Assembly: GCA_047602405.1 (NCBI GenBank)
Contig: JASGHJ010000002.1
Location: forward strand, 288,001-352,000
Direction of reading: 5' to 3'
DNA length: 64,000 nt
From: Anaeromyxobacteraceae bacterium
GTDB lineage: Bacteria > Myxococcota > Myxococcia > Myxococcales > Anaeromyxobacteraceae
The position numbers and the translations under genes are program-made. Shown in pieces: positions 31,021-44,257 of the stretch; the stretch's first letter is position 1; every line of letters begins with the position of its first letter. Under the pieces are notes generated by a model that ran no database searches, was not told the origin of the DNA, and was given only the letters and a program-made list of their open reading frames with translations.

Positions 31021-31641
31021 ATGACGAGGATCCTCGCGCTCGCGCTCGCCGCGCTCCTCCCCGCCGCCGCGCTCGGCCAGGAGTCGGCGCCGGAGCTGCA
31101 GACCGACCCGCGCGCGGCGAAGTTCCGCGACGTGGAGCGCGGCCTCTTCGTCGGCTTCGAGGCCGGCTACCTCTCGCTGCTCGACACGCCCACCAAGAAC
31201 ACGACGGACTTCCCGTACGCGGGGAAGGGCGGCGGGCGAGCGGGCGGGCTCCTCGTGACGGCGTCGGTGGGCATCGACCTCGGGACGCGGCTGTCGGTCT
31301 CGCTCTTCGGCGTTGGCACGAACCAGCAGGCGAGCATCGACTACGGCGCCTTCTCGCTGTTCGGCGGCGGCGCCGACGTCCGCTGGGCGTTCTACGGCTC
31401 GAAGGATCCCAACGATTACGAGCGCTTCTTCCTGTTCGTGCACGCGCGGGGCAGCTACGTGCTCGCGAAGCCGACCGGGCTCTTCGGCGACTCCGAGCTG
31501 CTCGTCGCGGGCGGGCCCGGCGTCGAGTACTACACGCGCCTGCGCCACTTCTCGATCGGCGTCGTGACCGACGTCGCCTACGCGACGAGCGCGGGCACGG
31601 CCGGGTTCGCGGTGTACCCGACGGTGCGCTACACGTTCTGA
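31021..31641 (+). CDS. gltH: Outer-membrane beta-barrel CglE/GltH
   Basis: Signal peptide, FRDVERGLFVG, GPGVEYYTRLRHFSIG and terminal aromatic YTF. Confidence 0.78.
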   Translation: MTRILALALAALLPAAALGQESAPELQTDPRAAKFRDVERGLFVGFEAGYLSLLDTPTKNTTDFPYAGKGGGRAGGLLVTASVGIDLGTRLSVSLFGVGTNQQASIDYGAFSLFGGGADVRWAFYGSKDPNDYERFFLFVHARGSYVLAKPTGLFGDSELLVAGGPGVEYYTRLRHFSIGVVTDVAYATSAGTAGFAVYPTVRYTF

Positions 31642-31731
31642 GTTTCACGGGGCCTCGTCCCTCGACTCCGGCCCGCTTCGCGGGCCTACGCTCGGGATGA
31701 ACGGCCGAGTGGGTCCCCACCCCGGCAGCAA
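31641..31731 (+). repeat. REP-like palindromic element copy 2
   Basis: Core 31656-31703 identical to copy 1 except the terminal GAACG; tail CCCCACCCCGGCAGCAA. Confidence 0.85.
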
Positions 31732-31797
31732 CGGTTTCGGGGGTGGCGGCAGCGGGTCAACCGCCCGAAAGGGCTCGGGAAATCGCCGGCCGTTCCG

Positions 31798-31827
31798 TTG
31801 ACCCTGCCGGGTGGGCGGCCCTATACT
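31798..31827 (+). promoter_or_regulatory. sigma70-type promoter of gltI
   Basis: TTGACC-N18-TATACT. Confidence 0.6.
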
Positions 31828-31878
31828 TTCGCGTCCCCTGCCTGGCCGGCCCAACCTTCACGCCGAGCGAAACCACCT

Positions 31879-34800
31879 GTGAGCGCACCGGCTTCGGAAG
31901 ACCAGATCCGCCTGCACCTCGAGACCCTCGAGGCCGCCCCCGGTGACGTGGGCTCCTTCCGGGCCCTCGAGAGCCTCTACGAGAACGCCGCGCGCTGGGA
32001 CGACCTCATCGCGCTCTACGAGGGGCGCGCGCAGGCCGTGCCCGAGCCCGGCGCGCCGCTGCTCGCCCGCGCGGCCAACCTCGCGAGGAACCAGCTGCGC
32101 AACACCGCCCGGGCCGAGGGCCTGTGGCGGCGCGTGCTCCAGGCGGAGCCCGCCCACGGCGACGCCCTGCGCGCGGTGGCGGAGATCCTGGAGGAGCGCG
32201 AGGACTGGACCGCGCTCGCCGCGGTGCTCGAGCGGGAGGCCGCCGGGGCGCACGACCCGGCCGAGGCCGCCCGCCGGACGCTCCGGGCGGGCAAGGTCCA
32301 CGAGGAGCGGCTCGGGCGGCGCGACCGCGCGGCGCTCCTGTACGCCCGCGCCTGCCGGCTCGATCCGACCCTCGGGGAGGCCCGCACGCGCGCGCTCGCG
32401 TGCTTCGTGGCGCTGCGCCGGTTCGGGCAGGCGAAGAAGATGCTCGACGCCGTGCGCGACCTCGGCGGGGACCGCCCGGGGCTCGCGGCGGAGTACGCCC
32501 GCCTCGGCGCGGCGCTCGTCGACGAGCCGCTCGAGCACGGCCTCGCGATGGACGCGCTCATCGAGGCGCTCGCCCTCGACCGGAGCGCGCCCGGCGCGGC
32601 CGAGGCCCGCGAGCGGCTGAAGGGCATCCCCCGCGCGTGGCGCGACGAGGCGAGGGCCCTCGACGCGCGCGCCGCCGCCTCCACCGACCGCAGGGAGGCC
32701 GCCGGGCTGCAGCTCAAGCTCGCGCAGCTGCACGTGGCCTACGACCCCGAGGGCGCGCCCCGCGCGCTCGAGCGGATCGAGCGCGCGTGGGCGCTCGCGC
32801 CCGGCGACGGGTTCGCGCTCGAGCTCCTCGGTCGCGCCTTCGCGGAGCGGGGCGACCACCGCGGGCACGCCGACGCGCTCGCGAAGCTCGCGGCGGGCAC
32901 CCGCGACCGCGCGGCGCAGGTGGCGCTGCACCTCGAGATGGCGCGCGTCGACCTCGTGCGCTTCGGCGACGCCGACGCCGCGCTCGCCGCGCTCGAGCGC
33001 GCGCTCGAGCTCGACCCCGCCTGCGAGAGCGCCGCGCTGCAGGCCTTCGAGCACCACGCCGACGCCGGGCGCTTCGACCGGGCGCTCGGGGTGCTCGAGC
33101 GGCACCTCTCGGCCGCGCCGGAGAAGCCGGCCCACGCGCCGCTCCGGGTGCGCTCCGCCCAGCTCGCGAAGGACCGCCTCTCCGACCCCGCCCGCGCCCG
33201 CCGCCACCTCGAGGCGGCGCTGCGCGTCGACCCCGGCCACTTCCCCGCGGCGACCGCGCTCGCCTCGCTGCTCGCCGACGCCGGCGAGTGGCAGCGGCTC
33301 GCCCAGCTCCTCGAGGGCGCGCTCGCCTCCGACGTGGAACCGGCCGAGAAGGTCCGCCTGCTCGAGCGCCTCGCCGAGGTGCAGCAGGAGCGGCTCGGGA
33401 AGCCGAAGGAGGCGCTGCGCACGCTCGCCCGGGCGCTCGCCCTCGATCCGGCCCGCGCCCAGACGCGCAAGGCCATGGAGGGCGCGGCCGCGCGCGCGGA
33501 CGCGTTCGGCGACCTCGCCCGGGCCTACCGCTCCGCCGCGGACGACGCCGCGGACCTGAAGGCGAAGAAGACCCTGCTCCGCCGGGTGGCGGAGATCGTG
33601 GACCGCGACCTCGGCAAGCCGGAGGAGGCCGTGCGCGCGTGGCGCGCGCTCCTCGAGGTCGACGCCGACGACAGGGGCGCGCAGGCCGCGCTCGACGCCT
33701 GCCTCGCGAAGGCGGGCCAGCAGGAGGAGCTCGCGAAGAGCCTCGACGAGCGCAGGCGGGCCGCCGCGGGGGACGAGCGTCGTTCGCTTTCGGTGAAGCT
33801 CGCGAAGCTCTGGCAGGACGCCGCCCGCTACGGCGACGCGGCGGGGGTGTGGCGCGAGGTCGTCGAGGCGGCGCCCACCGACGACGAGGCGCTGTGGGGG
33901 CTCCACGCCGCGCTCGAGGCCCAGAGCGGCCCCCGGGCCGCCGAGGAGCGCACCGGCGTGCTCGCCGCCCTGGCCGCCCGCGCGAAGGGCCCCTCCGAGC
34001 GCGCCGCGCTCGAGCTCGCCCGCGCCGAGCTGCTCGCCGACCCGCTCGCCCGCCCCGAGGACGCCGCGACGCTCGCCATCGCCGTGCTCGCCGCGGGCGG
34101 CATCGGGCCGGGCCTCGTCGCCGACGCGACGTCGCTCCTCGAGCGGCTCCCGGCGCGCGGCGCCGACGGGCTGCGCGTCGCCCAGGCGCTGGTGCCGGTC
34201 TACGCCTCCTCGAACGAGCCCGCGAAGCACGCCGCCGCCCTCGAGCTCGTGGGCCGGAAGCTCCCCCAGGGCGCCGACCCGCGCGAGCGGGCCCGCGCCT
34301 TCCTCGACGCCTCGCAGATCCGCGCCGACCGGCTCGGCGATCTGCGCGGCGCGCTCTCCGACGCCGCCGCCGCGCTGCGCGCCGCGCCCGACCACGCCGA
34401 GGCCCGCCGCCGCTGCGAGGACCTCGCGCGCCAGGTCGGCGCCCAGCGCGAGCTCTACGGCCTGCTCCAGGAGGCCGCCCGCCGGCTGCAGGGCCGGCCC
34501 GAGGAGGAGGCCGCGCTGCGCGTCCGCGCCGCCGCGGTGGCCGAGGAGGACCTCGGCGCCTACGACGACGCCGCCACCCAGCTCCACCGCGCCCTCGAGC
34601 TCCGCCCCGCCGACCCGGCCGTGCTCGCCGCGCTCACCCGCGTCGCGCTCGCCTCCGAGCGCTGGCAGGACGCCGACGCGCTCCTCGCCCGCCGCGCCCA
34701 GGCCGCCGCCGGGCCGGAGAAGGCCGCGCTGCTCGCGCAGCGCGCCGAGGTGCTCGAGGACCACCTGAAGGACCCCGCCGCCGCCGCGGCCGCGCTGCGC

Positions 34801-37800
34801 GAGGCCGTGGAGTTCACCCCGCAGGACGGCAAGGCCCGGCTCCTGGGCCGGCTGGCCGCGGCGCTCGGCGCCGCCGGCGACGCCGCCGGCCGGGCGAAGG
34901 CCCTCGCCGCGCTCGCCGCGAGCGTGCCGGACAAGGCCGAGGCCTCGAAGGCCGCGCTCGAGAGCGCGCGCATCCAGGCGTCGCTCGGCGACCCCGTCAC
35001 CGCCGCCGAGGCGCTCGCCGCCGCCTACGCCGCGAACCCCGAGGACGCCCCGACGCTCGCCGCGCTCGAGGCGGTGCTCGAGGGCGCGAACCCGGAGGCG
35101 ACCCTCGCCGCCGCGGGCGCGCTCGCGTCCCACCCGGATCCCCGCCGCCGCGCGAAGGCCCTCGAGGCCCGCGCCCGCGCGCTGCGCGATCCCGCCGAGC
35201 GGGCCGAGGCGCGCCTCGCCGCCGCCAGGATCCACGAGGCCGAGCTCGACCAGGTCTCGCTCGCCTTCCTGGACGTCGCCGACGCCGTGAAGGACGCGCC
35301 GGCCGACGCCGCCCTGCGCGCGGAGCTGCGCCGCCTCGCCGCCGAGAGCCAGGAGCTCGAGGCCTGCGCGAAGGTGTACGACGAGCTCGCCGAGCGGGCC
35401 CCCGCCGAGCAGCGGCTCACGATCCTCCGCGAGCGCGCCGAGTGGTCGGACCGCCGCCGCGATCCCGCCTCCGCCGCCGAGGGCTGGCAGCGCGTGCTCG
35501 CCGCGAACCCGGGCGACCGGGAGGCCCTCACCGCGCTCCGTCGCCTGCACCGCGCCCGCGAGCGCTGGGGCGAGCTCGCCGACGTGTGCGCCGAGATCGG
35601 GCGCGCCGCCCAGGAGCCCGCCACCCGCCAGGACGCGCTGCGCGAGGAGGCCGCAGTGGCCGAGACGCGGCTGCGCGACCTCGGGCGCGCCGCCGCCGCC
35701 TGGACGGCGGTCGCCGGCATGGCCCCCGCCGACGCCGAGGCCCAGGCCTCCCTCGAGCGGCTGCACGAGCAGCTCGACCGGCCCCGCGATCTCGCCATCG
35801 CCCTCGAGCGCCGCCTCGCGCGCGCGTTCGACCTCGACACGGCGGCCCGCCTCGCGGAGCTGAGGCGCACGCGCCTCGGCGACCCCGCCGGCGCGCTCGC
35901 GCTGCACGCCGAGCTCGTCCGGCGCGATCCCTCGCGCATGCCGTCGGTGGACGCGCTCGTCGCGCTCGCGGCGACCCCGGGCCCGGTCGGCCGGGAGGCG
36001 CTCGCCGCCGCCGAGCCGGCGCTCGCCGCGGCCGGCGAGCACGCGCGGAGGGTGGCGGCCCGCGAGGCGCGCCTCGGCGCGGTGACCGAGCCGGAGGAGC
36101 GCGCGCAGCTCTTCCTCGACGTGCGCACGATCCTGGCGCACGACCTCGCCGATCCCGCCGGGGCGTTCGCGGCGGCCCGCCGCGCGTTCGGCGAGGCCGG
36201 CCCGGCGCGCGCCGGGGCCGGCGCCGACCTCGAGCGGCTGGCCCGCGCGACCGGCAAGCTCGACGAGCTCGCCGCGGCGTGGGAGGAGGCGGCCCGCGGG
36301 GCCGCCGGCGCCGAGGCGCTCGACCTCGCGCGCCGCGGGGCGCGCCTGCGCACCGAGCGCGGCGCGGGCGCGGCCGCGGTCGATGCGTGGAAGCGCGTGC
36401 TCGACGCCGCGCCCGGCGACGGCGAGGCGATGGCGGAGCTCGAGAAGCTCTACCAGGCGTCGCGCTCGGCCGGGGAGATCCTGGTCCTCGCGCGGCACCG
36501 CGTCGGCCAGGCCGAGGGCCCGGCCCGGGCCGGTCACTGGCTGCACGCCGGCAAGCTCTGCGAGGACCTCGGCGACGCCGCCGCCGCGCTCGAGGCCTTC
36601 CGCGCCGCGCGCGCGGAGGACCCGGCGTCCACGCCGGCGCTCGAGGGGCTCGACCGGCTCCTCGCGCGCCAGCCGGCCTCGGAGGAGCACCTCGAGGTGC
36701 TCGCCGCCCTGGCCGGCCTCGCCGGCCCCGACGAGCGGCTCGCCGTGCTGCTGCGCCGCGCGGCGCTGCTCGAGGCCGATCCGTCGCCCCGCCGGGCGGT
36801 GGAGGGCTACGCCGAGCTCCTCGCCGAGTGGCCGCGCGAGCCCCGCGCGGTCGCCGGCCTCGAGCGCCTGCTCGCCCGGCCCGACGCGCGGGAGCCCGCC
36901 GCCCGCGCGCTCGAGGACGTGTTCCGCGCCGCCGGCGACGCCCGGCGCCTGGTGGGCCTGCTCGAGCTGAGGCTCGAGCACGCCGACCCCGCGGAGCGCG
37001 CACCGTTGCTGGCCGAGGTGGCCGCGCTGCACGAGCGGCTCGGCGATCGCAAGAAGGCCTTCCTCGCCCGCGCGCGGGAGCTCGACCTCGCCGCCGCGCG
37101 CGGCGAGGACGCCCCGGCCGTCCGCGCGGAGCTCGAGCGGCTCGCCGCGACGACCGGCGCGTTCGGCGAGCTCGCCGCGGCCCTCGAGGCCGCGGCCGGC
37201 GCGCCCGGGCTCCCGCCCGCGGCGGCGCTCGAGATGAAGCGGCGCCTCGCGGCGGTGGCGGCCGACCGGCTCGGCCGGCTCGACGCCGCGGCGCGCTGGT
37301 ACGAGGACGTGGCGCGCGAGGCGCCGACCCCGGAGACGCTCGGCGCGCTCTCGCGCGTCTACCGGAAGCTGGGCGCGCACCGCGACCTCGCCCGCACGCT
37401 CGGCCGCCTGGCCGACGTCGCGCCGGGCGCGTCGGCGCAGAAGGAACTCCTGCTCGAGGTGGCGAAGATCATGGCCGACCAGCTCTCGGATCGGGACGGC
37501 GCCGTCGACGCGTACAAGAAGATCCTCGCGGTCGATCCGGAGGACCCGAACGCGCTGCGCCTCCTCGGCAAGCTCCTCAACACCGCCGAGCGCTGGGACG
37601 AGCTCGCCGACGTGCTCGCCCGCGAGGTCTCCCTCGCCGACAGGAACCCGAACCTCGCCGCCGACGCGGCGGAGCTCCGCTACCGGCTGGGCCGGATCCG
37701 CCAGCAGCGCCTCTCCGACCCGGACGGCGCGCTCCTCGCCTACCGCGAGGTGCTCGCGAAGGTCCCGCGCCACCCCGGCGCGCTGACCGCGCTCGAGGAG

Positions 37801-40800
37801 CTCGCCCGCGGCTCGGGCGCCTCCGCGATCGAGGCGGCGGGCGTCCTCGAGCCGGTGTACGCGGCCGAGGGTGAGCACCAGAAGCTCGTCGAGACCCTCG
37901 AGGCCCGCGCCGCGAACGAGACCGACCCGGTGGCCCGCGCCGCGCTGCTCCGGCGGGTCGCGGACGTCTACGGCGGCTCGATGCGCAACGCCGAGCTCGC
38001 CTTCGTCGCGGCGAGCCGCGCGCTCGCCGCGCACCCCGACGCGCTCGAGTCGCTCGAGGCGGCCGAGCGGTGGTCCGCCCAGGCCGGCTCCGCCGAGGAG
38101 CTCGCGGCGCTGCTCGCCGAGAACGCCGACCGCGCCCGCGAGCCGCGCACCCGCGGCGAGCTGCTCCGCCGCATCGCCCGCCTCGCCCGCCCCGAGCCCG
38201 CGAAGGCGGCCGAGGCGTGGCAGCGGGTGCTCGACCTCCTCCCGGAGGACGCCGAGGCGTGCCACGGCCTCGTCGAGGCGCTCCGCGGCGGCCAGGAGCC
38301 CGAGGCCTTCGCCCAGGCGCTGCGCCGCGCGCTCGCCATCGAGCCCGACGACGCGCGGCGGGCCACGCTCCTCGCCGACCTCGCCGCCGTGCAGGACGAG
38401 CGCCTCGACGACGCCGGCGGCGCGATCCTCACCACCCGCCGCCTGCTGGAGCTGCGGCCCGAGGACCGCGACGCGCTCGCGCGCCTCGACCGGCTCTGCG
38501 TCCGCACCGAGCGGTGGGTCGACCTCGGCGAGGTGCTCGCCCGCGAGGTGCCGGCGGCGGCCGCCGCCGGGGACGAGGCCGCGGTGCTCGCCCTCGAGTA
38601 CCGGCTCGCCGAGCTCAAGGAGGCGCGGCTCCTCGACAAGGAGGGCGCGCTCGCCCTCTACGAGGAGGTGCTGAAGGCGCGCCCCGACCACCCCGAGGCG
38701 ATCGCCCGGCTCGAGGCCTGGCTGCAGCGCGACCCGGGCCACCCCCGGGTCGGCTTCGTCCTCGAGATGGCCTACGCGCAGGGCGGCGACGCCGCCCGGC
38801 AGGCGGCGGTGCTCGAGATGCGCGCCGGCGAGCGGCCGGACGCGGTGGAGCGCAAGGCGCTCTACCTGCAGCTCGCCGACGTGCGCGAGCAGAAGCTCGC
38901 CGACCCGGAGATGGCGTTCCTCGCGCTCTGCAAGGCGTTCCGCGAGGACCCGGCCGACGTGAAGGTGCGCGCCCGGCTCGAGAAGTCCGCGGAGGCCTCG
39001 GGGCACGAGGAGGAGCTCTGCGCGATCTACCAGGACGAGGTGGACCGCCTCCCGCCGGTCGACGCGGCGGCGGTCTCGCTCGTCATCGGAAGGCTGCTCG
39101 ACGAGCGGCTCTCCAATCCCTCCGGCGCGGCGCCCTACCTGCGCAGGGCCCAGGCGCTCGACCCCGAGGCCGCGCAGTTCGCGCTCCCGGCGCTCGAGCG
39201 CATCTACACGAAGCTCGAGTCCTGGCCGGAGCTCGCCGACGTGCTCTCGTCGCGCGCCGCGGCGGCCGCCGCCCCCGCCGACAAGGTCGCGATCCTCTTC
39301 CGCCTCGGCCAGCTCTGCGAGGAGATGCTCGAGCAGAAGGACCGCGCCGCCGAGGCGTACGAGCACGCGCTCGTCGCCGACCCGCGGCACCTCCCGTCCC
39401 TGCGCGCCCTCGAGGCGCTCTACGAGGGGGCCGGCCGCAAGGAGGACCTCTACCGCAACCTCGACGCGCAGCGCGCCGCCCCCGGCGACGCGGCGGCGAA
39501 GGAGCGGGTGATCGTGAAGCTGGCCGGGCTCGCCGCCGAGCTCGGGCGCATCGACGACGCGGTCGCGCTCTGGCGCGAGCTCCTCACCCAGAAGCCGCGC
39601 CACGACCAGGCCCTCGCCGCCCTCGAGGAGCTCTTCGAGCAGGGCGAGCGGTGGAGCGACCTCGCGGCGCACCTCAGGATCCGGCTCTCCGCCACGGTGG
39701 ACCGGCGCGAGATCGCCCGGCTCAACGACAAGCTCGGCCTCGTGCTCGGCACGAAGCTCGGCGACATGGGCCAGGCGGTCGCGAGCTACAAGGCCGTCCT
39801 CGACTCCGACCCGCGCAACAAGCGGGCGCTCGAGTCGCTGCGCGACATCTACGCCGCCCAGGGCGAGCAGGAGGCGCTCGCGGGCGTCTACCGGCGCCTC
39901 GTCCCGCTGCAGGAGGACGCCGCGGGCGTGAAGCGGGTCCGGCTCGAGCTCGCCGAGGTGCTGCTCCGCGCCGGCAACAAGCGCGAGGCCACCGAGCAGG
40001 CGAAGCTCGCGTTCGACATCGAGCCGCACCTCGCCGAGGAGCTCGTCCGCATCGAGGAGGTCTTCCGGCAGACCGGCGCGGGCGCCGAGGGCGTGCGCGC
40101 CGCCGAGGCGCGGGCGGCCCTGCTCGCCGAGCAGGGCGGGCCGGCCGAGGCCATCCCGGCCTGGCTCGCGGTGGCCGAGCTGTGGAAGGGCCAGCGGCGG
40201 CCGGACGCCGCGGCCGCCGCGCTCGACAAGGTGCTCGAGCTCGACCCGGGCAACCGCAGCGCCTTCGACGCGGTGCGGGCGATCCACCAGGAGGCGGGCA
40301 ACTGGCGCCTCTACGCGCGGGTCTCCGAGACCTTCGCGCCGCAGGTGGCCGACCCGGCCGAGCGGCTCGGCCTCATGAAGGAGGCCGCGGGCATCCAGGA
40401 GCGGCGCCTCGGCCAGAAGGAGGGCGCGTTCCTCGCGTGGTCGCGCGTGGTCGCGGCCGCGCCCGCCGACGAGGAGGCGCTCGCCGCCTGCGAGCGGCTC
40501 GCCGCCGAGACCGAGGCGAACGAGGAGCTCTCCGAGATCTACGAGCAGGTCGCCGACGAGTCGAAGGGCATCGTGCGGGCGCAGATCCTGCTCCGGCTCG
40601 GCAGGCTCCGCGACGAGAAGCTCGACGACGCCGACGGCGCGGAGAGCGCCTTCCGGCGCGCGCTCGAGGCCGACCCGGGCAGCCCGGAGGCGCTGGCGTC
40701 GCTCACGCACCTCTTCAAGCGCCGCGGCCGCGTCCGCGAGCTCGTCATCACCCTCGAGCAGAAGCTCGAGGCGGCCGCCGACATGGCCGAGAAGAAGGCG

Positions 40801-43800
40801 ACGCTCGTGGAGGTCGCCCGGCTCTACGACGGGGAGCTCAAGGACGTCGACGAGGCCATCACCGCGCTCCGCCGCGTGCTCGAGCTCGACGGCTCCGACC
40901 CGGCCGCGCTCGACGCGCTCACCGGCATCTACCGGCGCGAGGCGCGCTGGCAGGACCTCGCCGGCGTGCTCTCCCGCGCCCGCGACCTCGCGGCGACCGA
41001 CGAGCACCGCATCGCCTACCAGCTCGCGATCGCGTCCCTCTACGAGAACGAGATCTCCGACGACGAGGCCGCGGTCGAGGCCTACCGGACCGTGCTCGGC
41101 ATGGACGACGGGAGCCAGGAGGCCCTCTCCGGCCTCGAGCGGCTCTACACGAAGCTCGACCGCTTCGCCGAGCTGAACCGGGTCTACGAGCGGCAGGTCG
41201 CGCTCACGAGCGACCCGGTCGAGCAGGCGCACGTCCTCGCGAAAGAGCGCCGGCATCCAGGAGGAGAAGCTCCACGACGCGAAGGCGGCCACCGAGAAGA
41301 ACGAGCAGATCCTGTCGCTCGACGGCGGCAACCTCCCGGCGGTGAAGGCGCTCGAGCGGCTCTACCGCGACGCGAAGTCGTGGGACCGGCTCATCACGGT
41401 GCTCCAGCACCACCTCACGCTCGTCACCGACCGGCGCGACCAGGTGGCGCTCGAGGTCCAGATCGGCGAGGTCTGGTACAAGGAGATGGCCCGCGTCGAT
41501 CGCGCCGAGGCCATCTTCAACCACGCCCTCCAGCTCGATCCCGAGTCGCGCCAGGCGGTCTCGGCGCTCGGCCGGCTCTACGAGCGCTCCGGCAACTGGA
41601 ACCTCGCGCTCGACATGCTGAAGCGCGAGGCCCGCATCGCGGGCGGCGCGAAGGACGCGGTCGACCTCCACGTCCGGATGGGCGGCATCCTCGAGGACAT
41701 GCTCCTCGACGTGAACGGCGCGAAGGAGGCCTACCAGAAGGCGCTCGCGCTCGACCCGGGCTGCCTGCCCGCGGTCCGCGCGCTGAAGGGCATCGCCGAG
41801 CGGGGCCGCGATCGCGGCTCGTACCTCGAGATGCTCCTCGACGAGGCCCGGTACGCGACCGATCCCGCCGAGAAGACCCGCCTCTACACCGAGGTCGGCC
41901 GCCTCCACCAGGAGGAGAAGGACGATCGCGACGGCGCGGCGAAGTACTACGAGGAGGCGCTGAAGCGCGCCCCGGGCCACCTCGAGGCGGCCCGCCCGCT
42001 CGCCGACATCTACATCCAGGACCAGCGCTGGGTGGACGCCGAGCGCGTCCTCGACGCGTGCGTCGAGGCGATCCAGGGCTACGGCGACGCGAAGGAGCTG
42101 TGCCGGCAGTGCTACCGGCAGGGTTACGTCGCCGAGAAGCTCGGCAAGCGGGAGAAGGCGCTCGCGTGCCACCGGCGCGCGTACGACCTCGACTCGACCT
42201 ACCTGCCCGCGCTCGAGGGCCTCGGCCACCTCCTCGTGCAGGAGGGGCAGTGGGACGAGGCGCTCCGGATCTTCACGACCATCATCATCCACCACCGGGA
42301 CGGCCTCACCGACCTCGAGGTGGTCGAGACGCACTGGCAGATCGGCGAGATCTCCGACAAGCTCGGCCAGCAGGACCGCGCGGTCGGCGCCTTCCGGAAG
42401 GCCCTCGAGATCGACGCGAACCACGAGCCGTCCCGCAAGAGCCTCGTGAGGGTCCTCGAGACCCTCGGCGACTGGGAGGGCGTGGTCGAGCAGCGCCAGC
42501 GGCTCCTGCCGCTCCAGGAGGGCCCGGCGAAGTTCGAGAACTTCGTCGCCCTCGGCGAGGCCTGCCGCGACCGGCTCCACGACCCGTACCAGGCCATCGA
42601 CGCCTACCTCGGCGCCTCGCGCGTGGATCCGACCTCGCTCCCGGTCACCCAGGCGCTGCTCGGCCTCTACAAGGAGACGCGCCAGGGCCAGAAGGCGGCC
42701 GACGTGCTCGCGCAGCTCCTCGAGCGGCCCGAGGTCCAGGCCGACCGGCCGAGCGCGGCGCAGATGCACCTCTCGCGCGCCGAGATCCTGCGCACCGAGG
42801 TGAAGGACGAGCCGGCCGCGCTCGTCGAGCTCGAGAGGGCGCTCGACGCGAACCCGCGCCTCGTGCAGGCGTTCGCGCAGGTCGAGGAGATCCTCGGCGG
42901 CCAGAGCCGCTGGGAGGAGCTCGAGCAGGCCTACGTGCGGATGATCGCGCGGCTCCCGAAGACGCCCGACGCCGCGCGCGCCCGCGCCGGCCTGTGGCGC
43001 GCCCTCGGCGACCTCTACCGCAACGTGCTCCGCAACGAGGAGGGCGCCCGCACCGCGTACCAGGTCGTGGCGCGCTCCGAGCCGGAGGACGCCGCGGCGC
43101 TCGAGATCTACGCCGAGCTCGCGACCGCGAAGCCGGGCGAGGAGGGCGAGGCGATCGGCGCCTACCGCCAGCTCCTCAAGCTCGGCGCGATGCCGAACAA
43201 GGCCGCCTCCGCGCTCGTGAAGCTCCACGCCCAGCGCAAGGAGTACGACCTCGCGTACTCCGCCGCGCAGGTGCTCGTGCACCTCGTCGGCGGCGCGACG
43301 CAGGAGGAGGTCCAGGTCGTCTCCCGCCTGCGCAAGTTCGCGCGCGACCAGGCGAGCCGCTCGATGGACGACGCGATGTGGGACCTCGTGAAGCACGAGC
43401 GCGTGAAGGGGCCGCTCGCGGACATCCTCACGCTGCTCGCGGTCCACGCCCGCGGCATGTTCGTGCAGAAGGAGAAGGACCTCGGCATCAACCCGAAGCG
43501 GGACGAGATCGACGTCCAGGGGTCGATGCTGTTCTTCGCGAACATGTTCAAGTACGTGGAGCGCACGCTCGGCACGAAGGGCCTGAGGCTCTTCCGCCGC
43601 GAGGAGCTCCCGAGCCGGCTGCAGCTCCTCCCGACCGAGCCCATCGGCGTGGGGGTGGTGGAGGACGCCTTCGCGGAGCGGCCGAAGAAGGAGCTCTGGT
43701 TCGCGCTCGCGAAGGCGATGACCTTCGCGCGCCCGGAGATGCTGCTCGCCCGGCTCATGCCCCACGAGCAGCTCGACCTCGTGTTCCAGGCGGCGTGCTC

Positions 43801-44173
43801 GGTGGGGACCTCGCGGTTCGTCGTCACCGCCGACCCGCACCTCGTCGAGAAGCTGAAGCGGGAGCTCGACCGGACGCTGCCGGAGAAGGTCCGCAAGAAC
43901 GCCCTGAAGGTGCTCGCCCGGAACTACTGCGACGTCCAGCACCCGGGCGACGTGCGGGCCTACCTCGACGGCGCCGAGCTGACCTCCAACCGGGTGGCGA
44001 CGCTGCTCGCCGGGGACCTCGAGCTCGCGAAGCGGGGCGCCCTCTCCGAGAAGCCCCAGGTCTCGAAGCTGCGGGAGGACACGCGGGTCAAGGATCTCCA
44101 GTCGTTCTGCCTCACCGACACCTACGGGACCCTCCGAGATCGTCTCGGGCTCTCGTGCGTCGTAACCACCTGA
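31879..44173 (+). CDS. gltI: Giant TPR gliding protein AgmK/GltI (~4100 aa; one +1 frameshift at ~41243)
   Basis: Continuous TPR-like helical repeats; frames 31798.. and 41342.. join at GAAAGAGC; no signal peptide; lies between gltH and gltJ. Confidence 0.82.
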
Positions 44174-44190
44174 GGCGGCGAGACGCCTCA
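44171..44190 (+). terminator. Hairpin at the gltI stop codon
   Basis: TGAGGCG-gcgaga-CGCCTCA; no U-tract. Confidence 0.35.
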
Positions 44191-44210
44191 GCGGCAGGCG
44201 CGGGCGCGCG

Positions 44211-44240
44211 TTGACGGTCGGCCCGGCCCAAGACTAGGAT
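44211..44240 (+). promoter_or_regulatory. sigma70-type promoter of gltJ
   Basis: TTGACG-N18-TAGGAT. Confidence 0.55.
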
Positions 44241-44257
44241 TCACGCGGACTTACCCC

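Noticed and set aside
31813..31823. 11-bp match (GGGCGGCCCTA) to the tRNA-Leu 3' end as an att site
   Set aside because: It is too short, in inverted orientation, and part of the gltI promoter; no integrase is present.
31858..41331. 3157-aa antisense ORF and the many other long overlapping Arg/Ala/Pro-rich ORFs in the track
   Set aside because: These are shadow frames of real genes in very high-GC DNA with few stop codons, and they carry no recognisable motifs.
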